NCBI GenBank assembly: GCA_018817505.1
Contig: JAHITR010000083.1
Coordinates: 52 to 64,051, forward strand
Direction of reading: 5' to 3'
DNA length: 64,000 bases
Origin: Candidatus Bipolaricaulota bacterium
GTDB taxonomy: Bacteria; Bipolaricaulota; Bipolaricaulia; UBA7950; UBA9294
Below are positions 38,042-48,317 of the stretch, in pieces. Every line of letters starts with the position of its first letter. The stretch's first letter is position 1. The notes beneath the pieces were generated by a model. The model did not search any database, had not been told where the DNA came from, and was given only the letters and a program-made list of their open reading frames with translations. The position numbers were made by a program, and so were the translations under genes.

Positions 38042-39628
38042 ATGCAACAAGGGAACGAATCTGATGGCGGGCTATCCGTCGCGCGGATCACGATTGAAAC
38101 GGCGGATTGGCAAGATGCCGGAATTGGCATTGTCATTGCGCGCCGTCCGCTCACACTGCTGGTCCCTAGCCACTTGATTGAACTCGTCGAGCAGGAACCA
38201 TCCGCTCGTATTCAAATCAATGGCGTTGTCCACGATCGTCCAAAGATTCTTCCTGTGCCGGCGCTTCAGAGAGACTATCTCTCCGTGCTCCAGTTTTCTG
38301 CAAAACATCGGCACGATCTATCGTCGGCCCAGCTACCCAGGAAAGGCGTACCGCTAGCCACTGGTCAGCCCATTCTTCTTCAGCGACTGGCTCCTGAATC
38401 CAGCACATCGGGCACAGTTGTCGATATTCGCGAGCAGGGAGACGGCAGCTCAATCATCACGGATATTAGGGTTTCTCAAGGCGACAGCGGAAGCCCGTTG
38501 ATGGTTCACGGGCAGTTGGCAGCCGTTTGCCAGGGTATGGTGCAACGCGAGGGCATAGGAAGCGCCGTTGCTGTACCTCTATCCCACGACAGCCTGGCTG
38601 AACTAAGACGACTGAAACGTCGCTATCGGGTCAACGTGATCAGCTCCCTGATTGCCGCCCTGATTGCCCTAACCCTAGCGTTCGGAGGGTTTGCCCTGTA
38701 CTCCGCGACCTTTTTCTCTTTGGCTTCGATCGAGGTCCCCGAAGACGGAAGCATGATCATCGCCAGAAACGCTGACGCGCTTACCCTGAGGCCGACTTGG
38801 AGTCGGTCGTACGGCACGCCGATACGCCGCTTCGAGGCGTTCTCATCACAAGCCGGGGGCGAGCTCGATCGCGTCGCCGTCGGCACGGGATACCAAGACG
38901 GACAAAATGGCGCATTCCATCTACTCGATGGCCACGGAAAGACGCTTTGGTCCTACTCAGTGCCGGACGGCGAATGCATCTACTCGACTGAAACTGAGGT
39001 TTACGATGGCTTTCTTGTTGATGTGATCTACATCAGTGACGTCAATCGCGACGGGGCTCAAGAGCTGTTCGTCGTGTTTGTGCATGACCATCACGAGTCG
39101 TGCAAGCTTGCAGTGTTTGACTTATCAGGGAACTTGCTCGCCGAGTACTGGCATCCAGGGTATATACGATCCCTGACCTGCGGACAGGTTGGAGAGGCCG
39201 AAGAATCCCTCGTGGTTCTTACCGCCAGCAACAACGCCATCAAGACCGAGTGGTGGAATCCGCAGACGGTGTTCGCTTTCCGAGGGCTCGACATCGCCGG
39301 TCAAGGCCCGCCCTACGTCGGCTCGTCTGAGAAGGCAGGAAAGACGTTCGGCCAGGGAACCGAGATTTGGTACTGCGTGATCGTCAACTCTGATCCGGAG
39401 AGGATCCGCGCCAAATGCGCCCAACTCGACATCCGCGATTTCGACGGAGACGGCGTCAACGAGATCCAGGCCGCGCTTACGGATAGCCGTTTCTACTATC
39501 TGGATGACTCAGGGAACCAGATCGGTGTCGCACTCGGCGATCATTACTATCGAGACTTTCCCGGCGTGGATCCTCCGGCGCTAGTCGATATCTGGACCTA
39601 CTACGATCCCCATGCAGTAGGCGATTAG
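38042..39628 (+). CDS. membrane-anchored trypsin-like serine protease with extracytoplasmic FG-GAP-like repeat domain
   Basis: GDSGSP catalytic serine motif in the N-terminal domain, which has no signal peptide and is therefore cytoplasmic. Single TM helix VISSLIAALIALTLAFGGFALY. C-terminal DVNRDGAQE and DFDGDGVNE calcium-binding FG-GAP-like motifs. Confidence 0.6.
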   Translation: MQQGNESDGGLSVARITIETADWQDAGIGIVIARRPLTLLVPSHLIELVEQEPSARIQINGVVHDRPKILPVPALQRDYLSVLQFSAKHRHDLSSAQLPRKGVPLATGQPILLQRLAPESSTSGTVVDIREQGDGSSIITDIRVSQGDSGSPLMVHGQLAAVCQGMVQREGIGSAVAVPLSHDSLAELRRLKRRYRVNVISSLIAALIALTLAFGGFALYSATFFSLASIEVPEDGSMIIARNADALTLRPTWSRSYGTPIRRFEAFSSQAGGELDRVAVGTGYQDGQNGAFHLLDGHGKTLWSYSVPDGECIYSTETEVYDGFLVDVIYISDVNRDGAQELFVVFVHDHHESCKLAVFDLSGNLLAEYWHPGYIRSLTCGQVGEAEESLVVLTASNNAIKTEWWNPQTVFAFRGLDIAGQGPPYVGSSEKAGKTFGQGTEIWYCVIVNSDPERIRAKCAQLDIRDFDGDGVNEIQAALTDSRFYYLDDSGNQIGVALGDHYYRDFPGVDPPALVDIWTYYDPHAVGD

Positions 39629-39653
39629 TCGAACGCGAACGGACGCGATGCCC

Positions 39654-40421
39654 TCACTCGCTCAGTCCAAACACGCGAATGACATTCTCGGTCGTCTGCC
39701 TGGCAATGTCGTTCATCTCAAGCCCTTTCAGATGAGCAATCTCTTCTGCAACGTACTTCACATAGGTCGGTTCATTGCGCCGACCTCTGTAGGGGATCGG
39801 TGTGAGATAGGGACAATCGGTCTCCAATAGAATGCGATCAAGCGGCACGTGCTTGATTGCGTCTCGCAACGCACCGTTCTTGGGGTAGGTCAGCGGGCCA
39901 CCGACCCCCAAATGCAGCCCAAGAGCGAGGAAATCTTCAGCCAATGCCGAATCTCCGAGAAAGGAATGCACCACGCCGCGATGCGCGGCTCCGCGGGTTT
40001 TCAAAATGGCAAGCAAATCGTCGGTGGACTCTCGGTTGTGCAGACAAATGGGAAGCGCAAGTTCCGCAGCCAAATCCAATTGCTGCGCAAACACGTCGCG
40101 CTGTCGATCCCTTGGCGACAAGTCACGATAGTAATCGAGTCCGATTTCGCCAATGCCCACGACCAAATCATCTTGGGCCAACGCTTTGAGTTCGGTCAAA
40201 GCTTCGGCATCGACAGATTTTGCGCCATGAGGATGAACGCCAACGGTTGCCCACATATTCCGATACCGTCTCGCCAGCTGTATGGCCGCAAGGCTAGAGC
40301 GGAGCGAAGATCCAATTGACAGAATTCCCAAACCCTCTTCCGAACAGCGAGCAATCACAGATGCTCGATCCGAGTCGAATGCATGATCATCCAGATGGGC
40401 ATGACTGTCGATCCATTTCAT
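39654..40421 (-). CDS. tatD: TatD family metal-dependent hydrolase
   Basis: MKWIDSHAHLD N-terminal His motif. TIM-barrel metal ligands. Confidence 0.8.
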   Translation of the reverse strand: MKWIDSHAHLDDHAFDSDRASVIARCSEEGLGILSIGSSLRSSLAAIQLARRYRNMWATVGVHPHGAKSVDAEALTELKALAQDDLVVGIGEIGLDYYRDLSPRDRQRDVFAQQLDLAAELALPICLHNRESTDDLLAILKTRGAAHRGVVHSFLGDSALAEDFLALGLHLGVGGPLTYPKNGALRDAIKHVPLDRILLETDCPYLTPIPYRGRRNEPTYVKYVAEEIAHLKGLEMNDIARQTTENVIRVFGLSE

Positions 40422-41965
40422 GACTCCAGCTCCTTCAGAACGCGTGGAAGATCGTTCAGTATATCGGAGGGCATCAGCGATCGTTCAGCATGTCCGATCG
40501 CCCATTGATCGGCAACCAGCCCGTGAATATAGGGAGAGACGATTGCTGCATCATCCAGACAGCTTCCGCCAGCAATCAATCCGGCCATCAACCCTGTCAA
40601 AACGTCTCCCGAACCGCCAGTGGCCAGTCCCGTGTTTCCCGTGGGATTGACGATCATCGAACCACAGGGCAATCCAATCACTGTCGGTCGACCTTTCAGT
40701 ACGAGATGGATCTTGTGCTTGGCGACAAACGCAGCCACCTGATCGAGTCGGCGACTATTCACATCCGTTGCTGCAGATCCGATCAAGGCAGCGAGCTCTC
40801 CCGGATGCGGAGTCAACACACTCCGCCCCGCCACGGTTGCCAGAAGGTCATCATGATCCACAAGGGCATAGAGGGCATCGGCATCAATCACCAACCGTCC
40901 CGTGTAGTTTCGAAAGACGTGTCTCACCATCTCAAGGGTTGCCACATCCCGCCCAAGACCAGGTCCGATCGCGATGACGTCGACCTGTTGAAGTGCGGGC
41001 GCCAGGCAATCAAGTCCCCAGAGACCGCTCCATCGCCCTTCACAATCCGGCAATAGCAGCGTGGTGGCTTCGGGTACGGCCGTCTGGATAACCGACGCAA
41101 TCGTCTCAGGCAAAGCCACTGTTACCCGCCCTGCGCCTGCACGCAAGGCCCCCAAGGCACAAAGGATGGCTGCCCCTGTCATCCCTTGCGATCCAGCAAT
41201 GGCCAACACGTGTCCAAACGTTCCCTTGTGACCTGTTGGCGGGCGCATGGGCAGCATGGAGGCGACCGAGGCTCGTTCCGGCACATAGGCCAGCGGTGTC
41301 ATGTGGGCAAGAACCGTCGACGGGTAATCTACATCGATTCGTTGAACGTCACCGCAGAATGCCGCTGCAGGATAGAGCCAATGGCAGGGCTTGTAGAAGG
41401 CCATCGCCAGGGTGAAATCGGCTCTGATGGCCGTTCCAAGAATCTCCCCTGAATCCGAGCCAATTCCAGAGGGCACGTCGAGACACACTCTCGTCGCAGG
41501 ACTCGCATTGACGATCTCGCAGATCTCGGCATCCTCATCCGTCAACGGCCGAGACAGTCCGCTCCCGAACAGCCCATCGAGCACGCAATCCGATGTGTTG
41601 AGTGCTTCACTGAGCGAAGCGCTATCCAAAGCCCGAATGGTCCCGGGACCTTCAGTCTGCGAGAGTCGTTCCGCCATCTGCTGCGTCAGCGAGGACAGAG
41701 ATTCCGCGCCATGACGGATCAAAACGTGAGCGCTCACGCCAGTCTGGAGAAGATATCTGGCGACCACGAGTGCGTCTCCCCCATTTCCACCAGGGCCAAC
41801 GAGGATGGTGGCGACCCTCGGTCCAAGCCGATCGAGTAGCCACTCCGCGGCATGGGCGCCCGCCGATTCCATCAGCGCTTCTGGCGAGACCCCCGAATGA
41901 ATCGACGCGCTATCCAGAGCCCGTTGCTGAGCAGCCTGAACGATCCATGGCCATGATCGTGTCAT
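40418..41965 (-). CDS. nnr: bifunctional NAD(P)H-hydrate repair enzyme (epimerase/dehydratase)
   Basis: YjeF-N (GPGGNGGDALVVARYL) and carbohydrate-kinase-like C-terminal domains. Start trimmed to avoid the miaA overlap. Confidence 0.75.
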   Translation of the reverse strand: MTRSWPWIVQAAQQRALDSASIHSGVSPEALMESAGAHAAEWLLDRLGPRVATILVGPGGNGGDALVVARYLLQTGVSAHVLIRHGAESLSSLTQQMAERLSQTEGPGTIRALDSASLSEALNTSDCVLDGLFGSGLSRPLTDEDAEICEIVNASPATRVCLDVPSGIGSDSGEILGTAIRADFTLAMAFYKPCHWLYPAAAFCGDVQRIDVDYPSTVLAHMTPLAYVPERASVASMLPMRPPTGHKGTFGHVLAIAGSQGMTGAAILCALGALRAGAGRVTVALPETIASVIQTAVPEATTLLLPDCEGRWSGLWGLDCLAPALQQVDVIAIGPGLGRDVATLEMVRHVFRNYTGRLVIDADALYALVDHDDLLATVAGRSVLTPHPGELAALIGSAATDVNSRRLDQVAAFVAKHKIHLVLKGRPTVIGLPCGSMIVNPTGNTGLATGGSGDVLTGLMAGLIAGGSCLDDAAIVSPYIHGLVADQWAIGHAERSLMPSDILNDLPRVLKELES

Positions 41966-42903
41966 CGAGTCGCCTCTTTTGCCGTTGGGAAGCCATTCGC
42001 CAGAATCTCGTCGACCACATCTTGAGCCGTGCGATTCGTGACATCGATCCAGTGCACATGCTTGTCGCGGCGGAACCACGCCATTTGTCGCCTGACGAGT
42101 TGCCACGTCCGCGCAGCCACAATGGGAACGAACTCATCGCGTGAGATCCTGCCTTCCAGGACATCGAACGCCTCGGGAACACCAATCGTCCGATAGGCCT
42201 GAACTTCCGGCGCAAGCCCCTCCTTGCGCAGCCGCTCGACTTCCTTGATCAACCCGGAATCCAACATCGAGCGAATACGCTGTTCGATGACGAACCGGTG
42301 CTTCTCTCTGTCCATGTATAGCCCGATGACTGAGAAATCTTCAGACAGCGCCTTCGCTTCAATCTGCCATTCGCTCATTGGCTTGCCTGTGGCGTGATAA
42401 ACCTCCAAAGCTCGAGTCATGCGCAGCCGGTCATTGGGGTGAATTCTCTGGGCAGCCTTCGGATCGACTGCTGCCAGTTCGCGAAACAGATCCTGACTTG
42501 GCCGCTGCTTGAGGGTCGCACGAAGGGTCTCGTCGGTGTCAGGGCCTTCAAACAATCCTCGAAGGATCGCGCCCAAGTACAACGTTCCCCCGCCCGCGAT
42601 AATCGGGCATCGATGGCGCACCCTTATCTCAGGGAGCAGTCGTTCGACGTCCATTCGGAAAGTCATCGCATCATACGCGCCGTCAATCGGCACACAATCG
42701 ATCAAATGATGGGGGATACCTTCCTGCTCACGGAGCGTAGGCTTGGCTGTCACAATATCCAAGCCAGCAAAGAACGCTCTCGAATCCGCTGAAATGATTT
42801 CCCCAGTCACGCGATGGGCAAGCTCGACGGAAACCGCCGTTTTCCCAGAGGCCGTCGGCCCCAGAATCACAAGCACCGGCAATCGGGCTTGCTGGGAACC
42901 CAT
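41962..42903 (-). CDS. miaA: tRNA dimethylallyltransferase
   Basis: P-loop ILGPTASGKTAVS plus MiaA family length. Confidence 0.85.
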   Translation of the reverse strand: MGSQQARLPVLVILGPTASGKTAVSVELAHRVTGEIISADSRAFFAGLDIVTAKPTLREQEGIPHHLIDCVPIDGAYDAMTFRMDVERLLPEIRVRHRCPIIAGGGTLYLGAILRGLFEGPDTDETLRATLKQRPSQDLFRELAAVDPKAAQRIHPNDRLRMTRALEVYHATGKPMSEWQIEAKALSEDFSVIGLYMDREKHRFVIEQRIRSMLDSGLIKEVERLRKEGLAPEVQAYRTIGVPEAFDVLEGRISRDEFVPIVAARTWQLVRRQMAWFRRDKHVHWIDVTNRTAQDVVDEILANGFPTAKEATR

Positions 42904-42907
42904 GCGA

Positions 42908-44290
42908 CTAGTCCTCAGCCAGCAAGAGTTCTCGGAATCGCTTCAATTCAGCCCTGCGTGACGGATGCTTCAGCTTTTCGATTGCCTTAATCTCAATCTG
43001 GCGGACACGCTCACGCGTGATGTTGAATTTGAGGGACACATCCTTCAGCGTTCGTGGGTGCCCATCATCCAGTCCGTATCTGAGCTTGAGAATCTCCCGC
43101 TCCCGTTCATCCAATTGATCCAATGCACGTGCAAGCTGTTCCTTGAGGAACATGCGGAACGTCTCTTTGGTCGGAGAGGGGGAAGCTGGGTCTTCGATGA
43201 AATCACCAAGCGTATCCTCGTCCTCTTCGCCAAATGGACGCTCCAGGGACGCCGTATACTGTGAGACAGATTCTACTTTTTTGATCTTGTCAATCGACAT
43301 CCCTGTCAGCTTGGACAGATCCTCTAACGTTGCCGCGGAGCCATGAGATTGGATGTATTCGCGCTTGACGCGATTCAATTCGCGAACCGTCTCGATCATA
43401 TGAACGGGCACGCGGATGGTACGTGATTGATCAGCAATCGCCCGCGTAATGGCTTGGCGAATCCACCAGGTGGCATAGGTGGAGAATTTGTAGCCTCGAG
43501 AAAAATCGAACTTCTCGACCGCCTTCATCAATCCCATGTTCCCTTCTTGAATCAAATCAAGGAACGACAACCCGCGATTCATATAGCGCTTGGCAATCGA
43601 GACCACCAATCGCAGATTGGAAATCGTCAGTTTTTCGCGGGCGACAACACCCGCTGCAATCAATCGGTCAAGTTCTGTGCGATCGGTCGTGGTGGGAAGT
43701 TCCTCTCCCAACTTCTCTTCAAAGGCCGAAGAGATCATGAGTTCAGCCGCATCCTCTCCCTTGGCCACCAGATCCTCGCATTGCGTCCTCTCAATCACCG
43801 GGAGGTCTTTCGATTTCTTGAGCCTGCCCGCAGCCTGCTTGCCGACAAAGACGGCAATGGATAGCTCAGCATAGGAGCCTATTTCCATCGCCTTGGCAAG
43901 CACAACCTCTCCTTCTTTCGTCAATAGGGGGACCTTGCCAATTTCACGAAGATAGGTCTTGACGGGGTCTTCTCGGCGAGAACTGGCCTTCCCATTGATC
44001 CAGTCCTGTCGTGCGCGCTTCACCACTCTGGATTCGGGCTTGGCTTCTTCGTCGTCCGTCTCGTCGTCAGCCTCGTCATCCTCAAGGAGATCTTCAGGGT
44101 CCGTGAGATCGTCATCGTCAAGAATCTCGATTTTATCGGCGTCTGGATCCTCGATCTTGGAACCCTTGGCCTTGGGAATCAGGTCATCCAGAATCTCCCC
44201 TGAATCCTGCTCGTCGAACAACCCCTCGGGGACGTCATCTTGTTTATGAGGCTTCGATTTCGGATCTTCCTTCTTGGCTTTGCTGCTCAT
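42908..44290 (-). CDS. rpoD: RNA polymerase sigma factor RpoD/SigA
   Basis: Acidic region 1.1, then regions 2-4 (YATWWIRQAITRAIADQSRTIRVPVHM). ATG 44290 with GGGGGAGGGG SD. Confidence 0.9.
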   Translation of the reverse strand: MSSKAKKEDPKSKPHKQDDVPEGLFDEQDSGEILDDLIPKAKGSKIEDPDADKIEILDDDDLTDPEDLLEDDEADDETDDEEAKPESRVVKRARQDWINGKASSRREDPVKTYLREIGKVPLLTKEGEVVLAKAMEIGSYAELSIAVFVGKQAAGRLKKSKDLPVIERTQCEDLVAKGEDAAELMISSAFEEKLGEELPTTTDRTELDRLIAAGVVAREKLTISNLRLVVSIAKRYMNRGLSFLDLIQEGNMGLMKAVEKFDFSRGYKFSTYATWWIRQAITRAIADQSRTIRVPVHMIETVRELNRVKREYIQSHGSAATLEDLSKLTGMSIDKIKKVESVSQYTASLERPFGEEDEDTLGDFIEDPASPSPTKETFRMFLKEQLARALDQLDEREREILKLRYGLDDGHPRTLKDVSLKFNITRERVRQIEIKAIEKLKHPSRRAELKRFRELLLAED

Positions 44291-46007
44291 GGATCCCCTC
44301 CCCCGTCGCATCCTTCGCTCGTCTCCAAGCAATGCGCAATTCAGCCTTTTCCCTTGCTAGCCTATCCCACAACTCCCAGTCCTCAGCTGTGGCGCTCCGC
44401 TTGATCATCGGATCAAGCTCCTTCAGGCGCTTCTCAATCGCCGGCAACTGCCCCATCCAGCGTTTCGCATCCTCGATAGTCTGATCGACATCAATCTCTA
44501 AAGGTGCTAATGCATAGTAGCTTGCACGACGAGCCCCCTCTTCGTCCAGGTCTCCTATCAATTCCGACAGATCAGTCATTCCGCTAGCCAGCCTCCGCGC
44601 GATGGGCCGATTGGCCTCTGAGAAGTCATCTGCGGACACCTCGAAAGCGATCTTCTCCCAACTGATCTGACCGCGAAGAACCAGCGCAAGCAGATGCTCC
44701 TCCACACCCCAGTGCATGGCAGGTTCGTGAATCGGCTCTTCGGGATCGCGAGCACGGGGGCGGCGAGGCAATTCCCTTCGAACAGATTCCACGGACAAGC
44801 CAATTAGATCCGCGATTTGTCGGTCAATTTCCTCGCGCAGTGCCGCGCTTCGTACGGATCCGTAAAACTCGCGAGCGTCTTCGAGCAAATGCTCCTTGCC
44901 GCGAATCGTCGTGACATCATGCCTAGCCTTGAGCGATTCGATGAAAAAACGATGAAAGGGTAGTGCCTCGTCAAGGATCGCCTGCATGGCCTCTGCACCA
45001 TGGGTTCGCACATATCCATCAGGGTCCTCTCCCGCTGGCAATTGGGCGACGCGTACCCCCAATCCGCTATTGTAGAGAATCTGCATGCCCCTCAGAGATG
45101 CCGCACTCCCTGCTGCGTCTTGGTCATAGCAAATCACGACGTCCTCAACGAATCGCTTCAGCAAATCGGCTTGGCCTTGGGTCAACGAAGTCCCCATGCT
45201 CCCGACAGCATGGGTGATGCCCGCTTGATGAAGGCTGAGCACATCCGTGTAACCCTCCACCAACACAGCGGCACGTGTCTCAGACATACGATCCCTCGCC
45301 CACGAGATGCCATACATCAGACGTCCCTTGTCGAACAGAGGTGTTTGCGGGGAATTCAAATACTTGGGATCTCCATCAAAGGTTCGGCCGCCAAAACCGA
45401 CAGGGCGGCCTGACAGATCGAGGATTGGAAAGATGGTTCGGTCACGAAATCGGTCATACGTGCCTTTGTCTCCCTGCACGAGGAGTCCGAGCTTCAGCAG
45501 AACATCCTCTCCCCGCCTGGAAAAAGTGCGTTTGATGTGATCCCATCCAGGCATTGCGTACCCAAGACCATATTTCAGCCAGCACGATTCTGGATAGCCA
45601 CGGCTGATCAAGTAGTCACGCGCCTTCTCTCCCGCATCAGATCGCAGATTCCTGGCAAAGGCATTGGCCACGTCGGCCATGAGTGACTTGAGCTCGTCGC
45701 GCGCGCCATCATCCGCGGCTTCAAATGACAACCCCACTTCTTCAGCCAACCTGCGAACGACTTCAATGAACGATAGACGCTCGATTTTCATGACGAAACC
45801 GATCACGTCCCCTCCTTCACCACAGCCGAAGCAATGCCACAGTCCCTTTTCGGCGCTGACTGTCATTGAGGGCGTATCGTCTTTGTGAAACGGACACTTA
45901 GCTTTATAGCCTGTTCCCGACTTCACCAGCGTGACATATCGTGAGATGATGGAAATCATGTCTAGCCGAGCCTTGAGCTCCTTGACGTCAGCACGTTGTC
46001 CTGGCAT
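44244..46007 (-). CDS. dnaG: DNA primase
   Basis: CHC2 zinc finger (CPFHKDDTPS...CFGCG), TOPRIM domain and DnaB-binding C-terminus. Confidence 0.9.
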   Translation of the reverse strand: MPGQRADVKELKARLDMISIISRYVTLVKSGTGYKAKCPFHKDDTPSMTVSAEKGLWHCFGCGEGGDVIGFVMKIERLSFIEVVRRLAEEVGLSFEAADDGARDELKSLMADVANAFARNLRSDAGEKARDYLISRGYPESCWLKYGLGYAMPGWDHIKRTFSRRGEDVLLKLGLLVQGDKGTYDRFRDRTIFPILDLSGRPVGFGGRTFDGDPKYLNSPQTPLFDKGRLMYGISWARDRMSETRAAVLVEGYTDVLSLHQAGITHAVGSMGTSLTQGQADLLKRFVEDVVICYDQDAAGSAASLRGMQILYNSGLGVRVAQLPAGEDPDGYVRTHGAEAMQAILDEALPFHRFFIESLKARHDVTTIRGKEHLLEDAREFYGSVRSAALREEIDRQIADLIGLSVESVRRELPRRPRARDPEEPIHEPAMHWGVEEHLLALVLRGQISWEKIAFEVSADDFSEANRPIARRLASGMTDLSELIGDLDEEGARRASYYALAPLEIDVDQTIEDAKRWMGQLPAIEKRLKELDPMIKRSATAEDWELWDRLAREKAELRIAWRRAKDATGEGIHEQQSQEGRSEIEAS

Positions 46008-46010
46008 CGA

Positions 46011-46577
46011 TCACCTCAGCATACGCAAGTAGGGATTAATTTGTCGTTCACAGTCAAGCGTCGTGAAATCGCCATGTCCCGGATACACATCGAAGTCGCC
46101 AGACAAGGCCACGAGCCGTTTCAAGGAGTCGGCGAGCATCTTCATCGAACCGTGCGGCAAATCAGTCCTCCCAATCGATCCAGCAAACAGCACGTCACCG
46201 ACGAACAAGGCGTCCTTAATCTTCAGCGCAATACTACCTGGAGAGTGGCCAGGCAAATGCAGGACCTCTACGCCCGGAAGCAGCTGTTCTCCATCGGCAA
46301 TGAATCGATGAATCGCAGGATGATTGGGATGCGCATGATCAACAAACGGTAGGTCATCCTGGTGCATGACAACCTGTGCCTTGGGGACGGCCCAGGCTCC
46401 ACCGATGTGATCAAAGTGCCCGTGCGTCAGCACAACCCAGTCAATCGCGCGTCCATGGATCAACGTATGCAATGCGGCCAGGTCTTCTGCGGGATCGATC
46501 AGTAACGTCGCCGAATCGAGCTCAATGAGATAGCAGTTGGTGGCCAAAGACCCCAGACAGGTCGACAATATGCGCAT
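46011..46577 (-). CDS. MBL-fold metallo-hydrolase (glyoxalase II-like)
   Basis: THGHFDHIGG motif. Confidence 0.75.
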   Translation of the reverse strand: MRILSTCLGSLATNCYLIELDSATLLIDPAEDLAALHTLIHGRAIDWVVLTHGHFDHIGGAWAVPKAQVVMHQDDLPFVDHAHPNHPAIHRFIADGEQLLPGVEVLHLPGHSPGSIALKIKDALFVGDVLFAGSIGRTDLPHGSMKMLADSLKRLVALSGDFDVYPGHGDFTTLDCERQINPYLRMLR

Positions 46578-46586
46578 GCAGGCTCC

Positions 46587-47285
46587 TTACGCTCGCGCGA
46601 TAGCCGCCGCGACGACAGTTTGCGCGCCACCCCGCTTCAGCGTTCGAGCACATTCTTCAATCGTTGATCCCGTGGTGAAGATGTCGTCCACGAGAAGGAC
46701 TCGCTCACAATCAAATGGTAACAGTCGGAATGCATCCTGCAAGTTGGTCTTTCTCTGCGCGGCGGTGAGCTGACTCTGCAATCGAGTGTTGCGCGATTTA
46801 GTCAAGAGCCGCTTCAAGGGGAGGTCGAGTTGTCGTGCGATAACGCGCGCGAGAATCTCGGCCTGGTTGAATCCGCGCGCACGGCGATCTTTCCGCGTCA
46901 TTGGGACATAGGTGACCGCATCGAAATGATGCAACTCCTGCTGCCGCATGAGCGTCGCCGCCATCTGTCGCCCCAACCAGTTGCCAACGGCCACTTCCTT
47001 CTCGAACTTGAAGATGCGCACAAGGGCGCCCCAAGATCCGCGATAGGGCCCCAAGACAATGATGCGATCGGTGGCGTGAACAGAGACACCGCAACGAAGA
47101 CATAAGTCAATCGAGGGATCGTCTAGCGGCTCGCCGCATCGTTGACAGCGGGATTCAGCGAGAGAAGGAAGTGCGGCCTCACAGCAAGAACAGATGATGC
47201 CCATGCAAGAAAGCTCGTGAGAGCATAACGCACAACGCGGAGGGAACAGGGCAGCTGTCAATACGCTTGCCAGCCGCCGCCCCAT
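46587..47285 (-). CDS. comF: ComF family protein (phosphoribosyltransferase domain)
   Basis: N-terminal Cys zinc ribbon. PRTase motif LLVDDIFTTGST. Start trimmed to avoid gap. Confidence 0.65.
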   Translation of the reverse strand: MGRRLASVLTAALFPPRCALCSHELSCMGIICSCCEAALPSLAESRCQRCGEPLDDPSIDLCLRCGVSVHATDRIIVLGPYRGSWGALVRIFKFEKEVAVGNWLGRQMAATLMRQQELHHFDAVTYVPMTRKDRRARGFNQAEILARVIARQLDLPLKRLLTKSRNTRLQSQLTAAQRKTNLQDAFRLLPFDCERVLLVDDIFTTGSTIEECARTLKRGGAQTVVAAAIARA

Positions 47286-47295
47286 GCGAAAGAGT

Positions 47296-48303
47296 CTACA
47301 GCTGCAAAGCCACGCGTAGCAGTTGGTTGGTGTAGCCCCACTCGTTGTCATAGAACGCGACCACCTTGAGCATGGTTCCGTCCACAACCGTCGTCTGCGT
47401 CAGATCCACGATGCTCGGATGCGATTCGCCAATGATGTCTGTCGAGACAAGAGGATCGCTGGAGACCTTGAGAACGCCGGCGAGCTCATTGTCAGCGTAC
47501 CGTTTGAGGACGGCGTTCACTTCCTCTGCTGTCACCGTCTGATTCATTTCGAGCGTCACGTCACTGACCGATCCTGTAGGAACAGGGACGCGGAATGCAA
47601 TTCCGTGCATTCGCCCCGCGAGCGACGGAATGACCTTTGCCGCTGCACTGGCGGCGCCCGTGGACGTCGGAACGATGTTGATGGCAGCGGCCCGACTGCG
47701 CGTCAAGGAACTGCCCATGCCATCGACAAGCTGCTGATCAGCGGTATATCCATGAATCGTCGATAGGAAGGCGTGAGCAATATCGAATTCCTTCTCCAGC
47801 ACATACATGACGGGGACGAGTGAATTCGTCGTGCAGGATGCCGCAGACACGATATCTTGATCGGCAATGGTCTTGTGATTGACGCCATAGACAATCTGCG
47901 GGATTTTCTCAGCACCCTCTCCAGAGCTTGGGACCGAAAGCAGCACGCGCTTGGCACCCGCTTGGATGTGGCGACTTGCGCCCTTGGGTCCGCTGTAGGC
48001 TCGAAAAACGCCCGTGGCCTCCACGACCAAGTCAACGTTCATCTTGCCCCACGGCAGCTGATCCGGCTCGCGCTCGGCCAAGAAGGGAATCGTCTTGCCA
48101 TCCACGCGAAGGCCGCCTTCGACCACGTCCACTGTCTTGCCATACTTGCCGTAGACGGAGTCATGCATCAGCAAATATCGCGCCATGTCTAGCTTGAAGA
48201 ATGGATCGTTGATCGCAACGATCTCAATATCCGGATTGCCAAATCCTAGCCGGAAAAAAGCCCTTCCAATTCGCCCAAACCCATTGATTGCCACTCTCTT
48301 CAT
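47296..48303 (-). CDS. gap: type I glyceraldehyde-3-phosphate dehydrogenase
   Basis: NGFGRIGR NAD motif. Active-site SCTTNS. Confidence 0.9.
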   Translation of the reverse strand: MKRVAINGFGRIGRAFFRLGFGNPDIEIVAINDPFFKLDMARYLLMHDSVYGKYGKTVDVVEGGLRVDGKTIPFLAEREPDQLPWGKMNVDLVVEATGVFRAYSGPKGASRHIQAGAKRVLLSVPSSGEGAEKIPQIVYGVNHKTIADQDIVSAASCTTNSLVPVMYVLEKEFDIAHAFLSTIHGYTADQQLVDGMGSSLTRSRAAAINIVPTSTGAASAAAKVIPSLAGRMHGIAFRVPVPTGSVSDVTLEMNQTVTAEEVNAVLKRYADNELAGVLKVSSDPLVSTDIIGESHPSIVDLTQTTVVDGTMLKVVAFYDNEWGYTNQLLRVALQL

Positions 48304-48317
48304 GGTCGATGCCTCCC

